Source: an uncultured delta proteobacterium (lineage in GTDB: Bacteria; Desulfobacterota; Desulfuromonadia; Desulfuromonadales; JACZKF01). Taken from it: DNA of 64,000 nucleotides. Position 1 is the first letter of the stretch. Every line of letters begins with the position of its first letter. Below the pieces are notes generated by a model. The model saw only the letters and a program-made list of their open reading frames with translations, had not been told where the DNA came from and searched no databases. Of this stretch, positions 1 to 8,481 are shown one piece after another. Location of the stretch: contig CAWFKQ010000010.1 of NCBI GenBank assembly GCA_963816395.1, forward strand, positions 1 through 64,000. The letters are read 5' to 3'. The position numbers and the translations under genes are program-made.

Positions 1-1131
1 ATAGGCCCCGGTGTGGTTGCAGTAGGCGATGCGGTCCTTGTTGCCCTCTTCGGGACAGTAGAGGCGCACGGTTTTCGTCTTGTTACCCCAGGCTCCCCAG
101 AAGGCCACATTGCGGCCGTCGAAAGAGAGGCCTTCACCCAACTGAATGAATTGGTCGCGTAGGCGAGCCGCCGGGGACCTGTGAGCCGATGCTGACCAGG
201 GGCTGGAGCGGCAGTTCCATAGCGGCTCCATGGAAGATTTTGGTAGTTCCACCAGGTAGATCCCCCCCAGGGAAGGATTCTCCTCGTTATCCCAGCCCGT
301 GAATACCGCCAGCCTGCCGGCGGCGCTCGGCGGGGCGGTGGACCCGAAGTACTCGGCGGCTCCTGGGATTCTGGTGTTGCTGTCGGCGATGAGTTGGATC
401 GATGAATCCCCGCCCGCGTTCACATTGCTCAGGTCGCGATAATAGACGCCCGTTTTCTGGGTCGTCCCTTCCGTGTAGTTCCCCTTGAACACGATGGTGG
501 CGCCGTCGGTGATGGCGGGGGCGCCGGGGAAGACATCGAAAGAGATCAGCGGGGTGATGCCGGGGACGGCGAAGAAGTCGAACTCGGAGACGGCGCCGAG
601 CTTGGCGGCGGCGGTGAGCAGGCCCCCTCCGAGATCGGCATAGATGCCGCTGGTGCCCACCTGTGTTCCATCATGCCAGGGAATACACCGGTTGATGGTT
701 CCCCCGGGTGACGATGTTGTCCGAATCGATGTCGATGCGCGGGAATGAGGGCGGTCTCGATATAGGTGCTGCCGAGGTTGTTGGGTTCGGGTACACGGTG
801 TCCCGGTCGAGGATCTTGATGATATCGCCCGGTTCGGCCATGTCGCGCAGGAAATGCCGTGCGCCGGCTCATTCCCCATGCCGCCCCGGCTGCGCGCCCG
901 GAAAACCACCAGGCCGGAGGCGTTCACCGAGGGCTGGTTGTAGCTGTTGAAATTTCTGCCCTCGGGATATGCCTCCGAGACGGTGCCCGGAATGACGTCA
1001 TTGTTGTTTACCACGGTTGTCCAGCGGAGCGAGGGCGGGCCCGGCGGTCGGGCGGCGAAAACAGCGGTAACGGGGGTCTGGAGCAACAGGGTGAAAAGGA
1101 CGGCACAGCCGGCAAGCAGATGCCTGGTCAT
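1..1131 (-). CDS. Secreted conserved hypothetical protein with repeat-like motifs; runs off the window edge; several frameshifts
   Basis: Manual minus-strand translation: GGAGGG RBS then MTRHLLAGCAVLFTLLLQTPVTAVFA (signal-like), followed by NFNSYNQPSVNASGLVVFRARS, FDVFPGAPAITDGATIVFKG, FGSTAPPSAA and LGEGLSFDGRNVAFWGAWG in shifting frames. Not captured intact by the ORF track. Confidence 0.7.
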   Translation of the reverse strand, partial: MTRHLLAGCAVLFTLLLQTPVTAVFAARPPGPPSLRWTTVVNNNDVIPGTVSEAYPEGRNFNSYNQPSVNASGLVVFRARSRGGMGNEPAHGISCATWPNRAISSRSSTGTPCTRTQQPRQHLYRDRPHSRASTSIRTTSSPGGTINRCIPWHDGTQVGTSGIYADLGGGLLTAAAKLGAVSEFDFFAVPGITPLISFDVFPGAPAITDGATIVFKGNYTEGTTQKTGVYYRDLSNVNAGGDSSIQLIADSNTRIPGAAEYFGSTAPPSAAGRLAVFTGWDNEENPSLGGIYLVELPKSSMEPLWNCRSSPWSASAHRSPAARLRDQFIQLGEGLSFDGRNVAFWGAWGNKTKTVRLYCPEEGNKDRIAYCNHTGAY

Positions 1132-1520
1132 GATTCCCTCCTGACAGCGGTTAGTGGAAGAAGCCCTGTGGAAAATCCTCCGGTCCTGGTATTAAGATCA
1201 CTGACCGGCGGCTGTTGAGACGGCTAACTAACCTGGGCATAGAATCCCTTTGCAGCAATGCAATTCTTTTAATTATTTAAATAACATTACAATCATGATA
1301 TTAAAGACATGAATTGTAATTACCGCAAAAAAATTACCCGTCAACTCTCGAAGATTGATTATTATAAACCCTTCTAATTTCATGAAAACCATCGAGATAC
1401 TGATTTCGGGGAGTTGCAAGATAAAAAATAATTCAGAAAACCCAAGGGATAAACTTGGTAATTATGTGTCTGAGGGGAAGATCGGAAAGATATGGCGGGA
1501 GAATAAAAAGGTTTGACGAA

Positions 1521-2510
1521 TTAAGTCAGAAAGTGATCCACCGGTTCAGAATGACCCCGGCCAGAATCACCGCCATGCCGCCGGTCAGCCGGTGGAAACA
1601 GGCATGCCGGTGCGGTATCGAAGCGATGCCGGATGTCCAGGGCGAGGGCGAAGAGAAGGAGAGAGCAGAGGAAGGTGAGGGAACGGGAGTAGGGGAGCAG
1701 TATCAGGGCGAAGGCGGAGACGGCGGCGATGGCCGCGGCCAGGGCCAGGCTCCAGGAGAAGGCCAGTCGCCGGACCTGGGACGGGGTGAAGGAGGTTGCC
1801 AGCAGCGGCAGCCCCGCCCGCCGGTAATCCTCCCGGTGCTTCTCGGCGAACAGCCAGAAATGCGGCACCTGCCAGAGGAAGAGGAGGCCGGCCAGCAGCA
1901 CGGCGCGGAAATCGGCCGGATGGCCGCCGGCGGCGGTCCAGCCGATCAGCGGCGGCAGGGCGCCGCAGACGGCGCCCGGCAGGACGGCGAAGGCGGTCCG
2001 CCGCTTGAGGGGGGTGTAGATCCCGTTGTAAAAAAGGACCGCAGTCACCCCCAGCAGGAGAGGCGGGAAGCCGGCGGCGGCGAGGGCTGCCAGGCCGCCG
2101 GCGATCAGGAGCAGGGCAGCCAGCAGGGCCGTCCGCGGCCGCAGGCGGCCGGCCGGCAGGGGACGGTTTCGGGTGCGGAGCATCCGGCCGTCGAGGTCTC
2201 GCTCCTGCACCTGGTTGAGGGCCGTGCTGCCGCCGGCGAGGAGGAAGACGCCGGCGAAAGGCAGCCAAACGCCGCTGTCCGGGGCCGGGTGCAGGGCGTA
2301 TCCCGCCAGGGTCGAGACCGCGACCATGGCCGACAGTCGCGGGCGGATCAGGGTTAAAAGGCAGGCTGCGGGTTTCAGGTTGCAGGCCGCAGATCGGTCC
2401 TCTACCCTGAGCCGTGATCCTTGAACTTTGAACCCAGAATCTTGAACCTTGGGCCTCGGGCCTCGGGCCTCGAGCCTGAATCTTGAAACCTGGAACCTGG
2501 AACCGCTCAC
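1521..2510 (-). CDS. cyoE: Protoheme IX farnesyltransferase (heme O synthase)
   Basis: NQVQERDLDGRMLRTRNRPLPAG, YTPLKRRT and LWQVPHFW motifs. GTG start overlaps the coxB stop (GTGA). The first ~50 aa derive from a heptamer repeat. Confidence 0.92.
   Translation of the reverse strand: MSGSRFQVSRFRLEARGPRPKVQDSGFKVQGSRLRVEDRSAACNLKPAACLLTLIRPRLSAMVAVSTLAGYALHPAPDSGVWLPFAGVFLLAGGSTALNQVQERDLDGRMLRTRNRPLPAGRLRPRTALLAALLLIAGGLAALAAAGFPPLLLGVTAVLFYNGIYTPLKRRTAFAVLPGAVCGALPPLIGWTAAGGHPADFRAVLLAGLLFLWQVPHFWLFAEKHREDYRRAGLPLLATSFTPSQVRRLAFSWSLALAAAIAAVSAFALILLPYSRSLTFLCSLLLFALALDIRHRFDTAPACLFPPADRRHGGDSGRGHSEPVDHFLT
2360..2505 (-). repeat. Degenerate heptamer tract (GGTTCCA/GGCCCGA/GGTTCAA arm, then ACCTGAA/GCCTGCA arm) inside the cyoE 5' end
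   Basis: 7-bp periodicity visible: ggttcca ggttcca ggtttca agattca ggctcga ggcccga ggcccga ggcccaa ggttcaa. Confidence 0.85.
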
Positions 2511-3735
2511 TTCAGCCCCTTGATGTAATCGACAATGGCGTCGATCTCCTCATCCTTCAGGTCCGGAAACTCCGGCATCACCGGCGGGAAACCCTTGACG
2601 ATCTCCTGCTTTCGGATGGCGGATCGAATCCTTGATATACTCCTCATCCGCGGTCACCGTCTCGGTTTTCCCGCCCTCTTCGACCGTCACCTGACTGCCG
2701 AACAGCCCCTTGAAGGTCGGCCCCACCCGCTGGCTGCCGTCGGTGGAGTGGCAGCCGATGCAGCCCTTCTCCTGCACCAGTTTCTCGCCGGAGGCCGCCG
2801 CTTTCCCGGCCTCGCCGCCGGTCTCCGTTTCCTCGAAATGATCGAGGATTTTCTTCAGGTCCGCCTCCGGTATCTTCCCCTGGAAGGAGGGCATCACCGG
2901 CGGGAAGCCCTTCACCAGGTCCGCCTGCGGTTCGAGGATGGAGCGGCGGATGTACTCCTCGGTCGGCGGTGATGATGTGTTCCTTGCCGTTGGTGACGAC
3001 GGTGACCTTCCGGCCGAACAGCCCCTTGAAGGTCGGGCCGACGCCCGGCGAACCATCGAGCGAATGGCAGCCGGTGCAGCCGTAACGGGTGAGCAGCTCC
3101 TTCAATTCCCCTCTCTCCTCCGCTGCCTGCTTCCCCTCGTACCAGGCGGCGAATTTCTCCGGCGGCAAGGCTTCCACCGTGGTGATCATGGCGGAGTGCC
3201 CGGCGCCGCAGTACTCGGCGCAGAAGAGGTCGTAGGAGCCGGGGTCGGTGGCGACGAACCAGGCATGCGTGGTCATCCCCGGCACCGCATCCTTCTTCAC
3301 CCGGAAGGCGGGGATGAAGAAGCTGTGGATGACGTCCACCGAGCGGAGGTCGACGGCCACCGGCTTGCCGGTGGGGACGTAGAGCTTGCTGCTGGTCTTG
3401 CCGTTCGGGTAGGCGAAAGTCCAGGACCACTGGCGGGCGGTGACGTCCACCTTCATCGCCCCTTGCGGCGGGCGCTGCAGGGCAATGTACCCGGACCAGC
3501 CGTAATAGAACATGGACAGGGCGATGACCGTCGGGATGAGCGTCCAGAGGACCTCCAGGGGGACGTTCTTGGTCACCTGCGAGGTCGGCCGGGGATGCCG
3601 GCTGCGGCGGTATTTCCAGACGAACCAGAGCATGATCGCGGTGATCAACAGCAGGAAAAAGAAGGAGATCCCGATGATGTAGTAGAAGATGGGATCGATG
3701 ATCTGCTCTGTTGTTGTCAGCGGCGGCGGATTCAC
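2507..3735 (-). CDS. coxB: Cytochrome c oxidase subunit II with CuA site and two C-terminal cytochrome c domains (frameshifts near 2970 and 2610)
   Basis: DVIHSF and CAEYCGAGHSAM CuA motifs; CTGCH and CIGCH heme motifs; ends DAIVDYIKGLK* at TGA 2507-2509. Confidence 0.92.
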
Positions 3736-4025
3736 GGCACGGCCCGATAGTGGACGTCGGAAAAGGTGAGGCCGATGAAGATGGCCAGGATGAACAGGGT
3801 AATGAAGAAATAGACCTTGTAGTACAGCTTTTCATATTTCATGTGCATGAAGAAGTAGATCACCAGCCCGGACTTCATGCAGGCGATGCTCAGGGCGGCC
3901 CAGATGTTGAGCACCCCCAGCTCGATCCGCGAGATGAGGATGGTCAGGCCGGTGAGGGCGATCAGCCCCACCCAGACGAAGACGAAGACGCGGTATGGGA
4001 CGATATGGGCAGCGTTCTGGGACAT
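3732..4025 (-). CDS. coxD: Cytochrome c oxidase subunit IV (caa3-type)
   Basis: Three TM helices, YFFMHMKYE motif, operon position. Confidence 0.85.
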   Translation of the reverse strand: MSQNAAHIVPYRVFVFVWVGLIALTGLTILISRIELGVLNIWAALSIACMKSGLVIYFFMHMKYEKLYYKVYFFITLFILAIFIGLTFSDVHYRAVP

Positions 4026-4034
4026 GGCCCCTCC

Positions 4035-4637
4035 TCAGAGAAGCAGGTAATAGAGTGGAAAGATGAAGATCCAGATCAGGTCGACCAGGTGCCAGTAGAG
4101 GGCTGCGTTCTCCAGCTTGATAAAATCCCCCTGGTGGATCTTCCCTCGCCAGACGCCGACGGCCATGATGGTGAGCAGCACGCCCCCGACCAGAACATGG
4201 ATTCCGTGCAAGCCGGTGGTGATGAAATACAGGCCGAAGAAGACGATCTCCCCAGGCGCTCTCTGGTCGAGGATGGGGGAGTTCGGATAAATGCCGTGGT
4301 GAAACTCCGTCGACCATTCGAAGTACTTGTTGGCCAGAAAGGTGATGGCCACCAGGACGGTGGCCGCCAGCAGCAGCACGGTGAGGCGCCGCTCGCCGCG
4401 CTGGATGGCGCTGACCGAAATCGCCACGAAGAGACTGCTGGTCAGCAGAATGACCGTATTCACCGCCCCGAAGACGAGGAGCAGTTCCTTGCTGGCCGTC
4501 GCGAACTCGCGGGGGTGGCTCCACATGTAGACCGAGTAGAGGATGAACAGGCCGCCGAAGAGAATGATCTCCGTGAACAGAAAGAGCCACATTCCCAGCT
4601 TGGCGCCGGCGTAATCCTTGTGGACGGCCTCGCTCAT
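4035..4637 (-). CDS. coxC: Cytochrome c oxidase subunit III
   Basis: GMWLFLFTE, TGLHGIHV and YWHLVDLIW motifs. Confidence 0.95.
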   Translation of the reverse strand: MSEAVHKDYAGAKLGMWLFLFTEIILFGGLFILYSVYMWSHPREFATASKELLLVFGAVNTVILLTSSLFVAISVSAIQRGERRLTVLLLAATVLVAITFLANKYFEWSTEFHHGIYPNSPILDQRAPGEIVFFGLYFITTGLHGIHVLVGGVLLTIMAVGVWRGKIHQGDFIKLENAALYWHLVDLIWIFIFPLYYLLL

Positions 4638-6268
4638 GGGTACTCCTCCCCGACCTGGTAGTCATAGGGATCGGTGGAGACGACCAGCTCCCCGGGGAAG
4701 TTCTCCGCCGGCGGCGGCGAGGGAACGGTCCATTCCAGCGTCCGGGCGCCCCAGGGGTTCATCCCGGCCGGCTCCCCGTGCCGGCTCCCCCGCCAGAGAT
4801 TGTAGAACATGAGGAAAAGACCGGTCGCCAGGATCCAGGAGCCGACGGTCGAGACCACGTTCAGGTTCTGGAATTCCGGCAGGTAATCGTAGTAGCGGCG
4901 CGGCATCCCCCGCAGGCCGAGGATGAACATGGGGAAGTAGAGGACGTTGAAGCCGACGAAAACAATCCCCCAGGCGATGGTGGCGATCCGCTGGTTGTAC
5001 ATGCGGCCGAACATCTTCGGCAGCCAGTAGTGCAGCCCGCCGAAGAAGGCGAAAATGGCGCCCCCGAACATCACGTAATGAAAATGTCCGACGACGAAAT
5101 AGGTGTCGGTCACGTGGATGTCGGTGCCGGCGGCGCCGACCACCAGCCCGGTCAGGCCGCCGATGGAGAACTGGAAAATGAAGGCGAGGGCGTAGAGCAT
5201 CGGCGGGGCCAGGGAGATCGAGCCCTGGTACAGGGTCGACACCCAGTTGAAGACCTTCACCGCCGAGGGGATGGCCACCAGGAAAGTGAGCATGGAGAAG
5301 ACGTAGACGCCGGTGTTGCTCATGCCGCTGACGAACATATGGTGCGACCAGACCAGGGAACCGGCGAAGGCGATCGCCAGGCTGGAGACGGCGATCGCCC
5401 AATAGCCGAAGATCTGTTTGCGGGCGAAGGTGGGGATGATTTCGGAGATGATCCCCATCCCCGGCAGGACCATGATGTAGACCGCCGGGTGCGAGTAGAT
5501 CCAGAAGAGGTGCTGGTACATCAGCGGATCCCCCCCCTTGGCCGGGTCGAACATGCCGGTATGGAAGATGCGCTCGATAAAGATCAGGGCAACCGTGATG
5601 CCGAGGATGGGGGTGGCCAGCAGCTGGATCCAGGCGGTGGCGTAGATCGACCAGACGAAAAGGGGCAGGCGTCTCCAGGTCACGCCGGGCGCCCGCAGGC
5701 GGTGAATGGTGGTGAGAAAGTTGAGGCCGGTGAGGATCGAGGAGAAGCCGAGGACGAAGACCGCCGAAGCGGCCACGGTGACGTTGGTGGTGGTATGGGT
5801 ACTGAACGGCACGTAGAAGGTCCAGCCGGTATCGGGCGGCCCGCCGCCGGTGAACAGGGAAATCAGGGCAAGGGAGGCCCCGATCACATACAGGTACCAG
5901 GAGAAGAGGTTCAGCCGGGGGAAGGAGACATCCCGGGCGCCGATCTGCAGCGGCAGCAGGAAATTGCCGAGGATCGCCGGCATCACCGGAATGATGAAGA
6001 GAAAGATCATGATCACCCCGTGCAGGGTGAACACCTCGTTATACGTCTGCGGCCCCATGATCGTCCGCCCGGGGGCGATGAGTTCCAGGCGGATGGCCAG
6101 CCCGAGGCAGACCCCGACGAAGAAGAAGGAGAGGATGGTGGACATGTAGAGAAGGGCGATGCGCTTGTGATCGGTGGAGGTGATCCAGCCGAGCAGCCCG
6201 CGCCGATGCCCCGCCGGCTCCAGATAGCCCCGGGAGCCGATTCCTGCGGTTTTAAGACTGTCTTCCAT
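4634..6268 (-). CDS. coxA: Cytochrome c oxidase subunit I, A2 type
   Basis: TDHKRI, TGWTFY, FWIYSHPAVY (A2 signature), WSHHMF, HFHYV and GMPRRY motifs. Confidence 0.97.
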   Translation of the reverse strand: MEDSLKTAGIGSRGYLEPAGHRRGLLGWITSTDHKRIALLYMSTILSFFFVGVCLGLAIRLELIAPGRTIMGPQTYNEVFTLHGVIMIFLFIIPVMPAILGNFLLPLQIGARDVSFPRLNLFSWYLYVIGASLALISLFTGGGPPDTGWTFYVPFSTHTTTNVTVAASAVFVLGFSSILTGLNFLTTIHRLRAPGVTWRRLPLFVWSIYATAWIQLLATPILGITVALIFIERIFHTGMFDPAKGGDPLMYQHLFWIYSHPAVYIMVLPGMGIISEIIPTFARKQIFGYWAIAVSSLAIAFAGSLVWSHHMFVSGMSNTGVYVFSMLTFLVAIPSAVKVFNWVSTLYQGSISLAPPMLYALAFIFQFSIGGLTGLVVGAAGTDIHVTDTYFVVGHFHYVMFGGAIFAFFGGLHYWLPKMFGRMYNQRIATIAWGIVFVGFNVLYFPMFILGLRGMPRRYYDYLPEFQNLNVVSTVGSWILATGLFLMFYNLWRGSRHGEPAGMNPWGARTLEWTVPSPPPAENFPGELVVSTDPYDYQVGEEYP

Positions 6269-7122
6269 GTTTCCTCTTTTTTCTGCCGGACAGCAGGAGA
6301 AAGGCCAGAAATGATGCCAGGGTCAGCAGCACGACCGTCGCCGAAACCCTGAGCACGTTGAAGGTGTAGCGCCGGCCGGCGGGGTCATAGCTGAAACAGA
6401 AACTCAGGACCCGCTTGATCGAGGTCCCTATCCGCCCCTGGGAAGCCTCCACCAGCGCGAGGTTGAGATCCATGGGGAGGAAGCGGGTGCCGTACAGGTA
6501 GCGCACGATCTCGCCGTCCTTGGTGACCACGGCGACGGCGACCGGGTGCAGGAAATCGTTTCCCTGCCGCTGAAAACCGAAGCCCAGGCTGTCGGTCAGG
6601 CGGCGGATCTGGTCCGCGTCCCCGGTCAGAAAGCGCCAGGCCTCCGGCGGGAAGCCGTTGCGCATCTCGGCGTAATAACCATGCTTGGCGCGCCGGGCCA
6701 GTTCGGGGCCTTCCGTTTCATCGAAGCTGACGGAAATAACCCGGTAATCTTTCCCCGGGCGCAGGGCGACATTCGGCAGGGTCTGCGCGAGGGCGCCCTG
6801 GAGATAGCTGCAGACGTCCGGGCAATGGAAGTAGACCGGGGCGATCAGCGTCGGCCGGTCTACCAGGTCCCGCAGAACGACCTCACGTCCCTGCTTCATC
6901 CCGGAAGTGAAGATCGAGAGGAATATGCTCTCCCAGCTTCTCCACAACGTCGGGCTGACTCGCGGTCGCCGGCGGTTGCTGGTGCTGGTGCTGGCGTGGG
7001 CCGGCCGGCGGCATCTCCGGCGGCGGCAGGGGCGGCGTTTCGGCGGCTACCGGGCCGGAAAAGAGGAATCCGGCAAGGATGGCCAGGGCGTAGCGGATTA
7101 ATGTTCCGGAAAAAGAATTCAT
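6252..7122 (-). CDS. sco: SCO1/SenC family copper chaperone (frameshift near 6890)
   Basis: Signal peptide then EKLGEHIPLDLHFRDE; YFHCPDVC CxxxC motif; WRFLTG and FLHP. Confidence 0.88.
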
Positions 7123-7296
7123 ATCGGGAGCTTGGCGTAAAAATGGAAACGGGTGGATTCCGATAAAAGGTTCATTTATGATACCTCACCGCCCGGATTT
7201 ATCAATCTAATCCGTCAAACAATTCCCCGCGACCGGCTTGCCACCGGGGTGCGCAACTGCTAGCATCGGTGCTATCAATACTAATGGAGAAAAACA

Positions 7297-7488
7297 ATGG
7301 AAGATCTGGCGGAACGCCTTGTTGAGCTGGAAATCCGCTACGCCTATCAGAGCCGGCTGCTGGAAGAGTTGAACCAGATCCTTACCGAGAGCAACCGGCG
7401 CCTGGATGTCCTGGAGCGGGAGAACCGCCGCTTCCGGGAGATGCTGAAATCTCTCGACCCGGTTCCTGCCGAATCCCCCGACGAATGA
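7297..7488 (+). CDS. slyX: SlyX family protein
   Basis: RLVELEIRYAYQSRLLEELN coiled coil; GGAG RBS; TTGCCA-17-TAGCAT promoter-like element upstream. Confidence 0.8.
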   Translation: MEDLAERLVELEIRYAYQSRLLEELNQILTESNRRLDVLERENRRFREMLKSLDPVPAESPDE

Positions 7489-7983
7489 AAATCCCGCTTT
7501 CCGCCGAATTCCAGCGTATCCTGCTGGAGGCGGTGGTCATCGCTTCGCTGGGGGCGGTCATCGGCCTCTCCCTCAATTACCGCCTGGTGCTCGATGCGTT
7601 TTCCGGCCGGCCAGGCCCCGCCTCACGCGGTGCCGGCGGCTGCGGAGAACTACCCGGCGCCGGCCTTGCTGGCCGAGGTCCGGACGCTGCTGGCCGCTGG
7701 CGCCCTGGCAGTGGACGCCCGTGCCCCGGAGTTGTATGGCGCCGGGCACCTGCCCGGCGCCTTCTCCCTGCCCCTTGCCGATTTGGACGCGGAGCTGTCC
7801 GGATTTCGGCAACAAGTTCCAGCCGACCGGGTGGTGGTGACCTACTGCAGCGGCTACGGCTGCCCCGATTCCTTCGATCTGGCACTGCGGCTGGTGCAGG
7901 CGGGGTATCGCCGGGTGCGGGTTTTCGAGGGGGGCTTTCCGCAGTGGCAGGATGCCGGGCTCCCGGTGGAGAGGCGGCGATGA
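7485..7983 (+). CDS. Membrane-anchored rhodanese-domain protein (frameshift near 7612)
   Basis: N-terminal TM helix, then VDAR, GHLPGA, TYCSGYGCPDS and VFEGGFPQW. Confidence 0.85.
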
Positions 7984-8405
7984 GCACCGCCTCCAGACTC
8001 CTTTATCACGGTTGCCGGCTGCTCCTCGGCGCCCTTTTTCTCTACGCCGGGGCGCGGAAGGCGACGGATGTCGCCGCCTTCGCCGGCAGCGTCGCCGCCT
8101 ACCAGATTCTTCCCTACGCCTGGAACTTCCTGGTCGCCGCCATCCTCCCCTACGTGGAAATCCTCGCCGGCGTCTTCCTGCTGGCCAACGTCCGGGTACG
8201 TGCCTCGGCCCTGTTGACCGGAGTACTTGCCGGTATTTTCCTGGCCGCTCTCGGTTCGGCCCGCGCCCGCGGACTGGAGATCGACTGCGGCTGCTTCCAC
8301 CCGGGCAGTCACTACCCGCCTTGGCTCGCGATGGCGCGGGATATCGGCATCCTGCTGCTGGCGGCCCTCACCTACCGCCTGCGGGGCGGAAAAACAGTGG
8401 GATAG
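7980..8405 (+). CDS. MauE/DoxX family redox-associated membrane protein
   Basis: RLLLGALFLYAG, LPYVEIL and RGLEIDCGCF motifs; ATGA overlap with the rhodanese stop. Confidence 0.85.
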   Translation: MSTASRLLYHGCRLLLGALFLYAGARKATDVAAFAGSVAAYQILPYAWNFLVAAILPYVEILAGVFLLANVRVRASALLTGVLAGIFLAALGSARARGLEIDCGCFHPGSHYPPWLAMARDIGILLLAALTYRLRGGKTVG

Positions 8406-8470
8406 CGAGGTAGCGAGATAGTAAGTAGTAGATTTCCTATCTCACTATCTCGCTACCTGACTACCTCACT
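8401..8470 (+). repeat. Octamer-periodic inverted repeat (GRTAGYRA x3, then CTAYCTSR x4)
   Basis: ggtagcgagatagt pairs perfectly with actatctcgctacc (14 bp). Confidence 0.8.
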
Positions 8471-8481
8471 TGGAACCACCG

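Noticed and set aside
7130..7290. FNR/CRP site upstream of the oxidase operon
   Set aside because: Only a TTGAT half-site is present, which fits better as a -35 element; there is no TTGAT-N4-ATCAA palindrome.
7485..8405. 306-aa fusion ORF joining the rhodanese N-terminus to MauE
   Set aside because: It is an artefact of one indel; the rhodanese motifs are in another frame and MauE has its own RBS and ATG.
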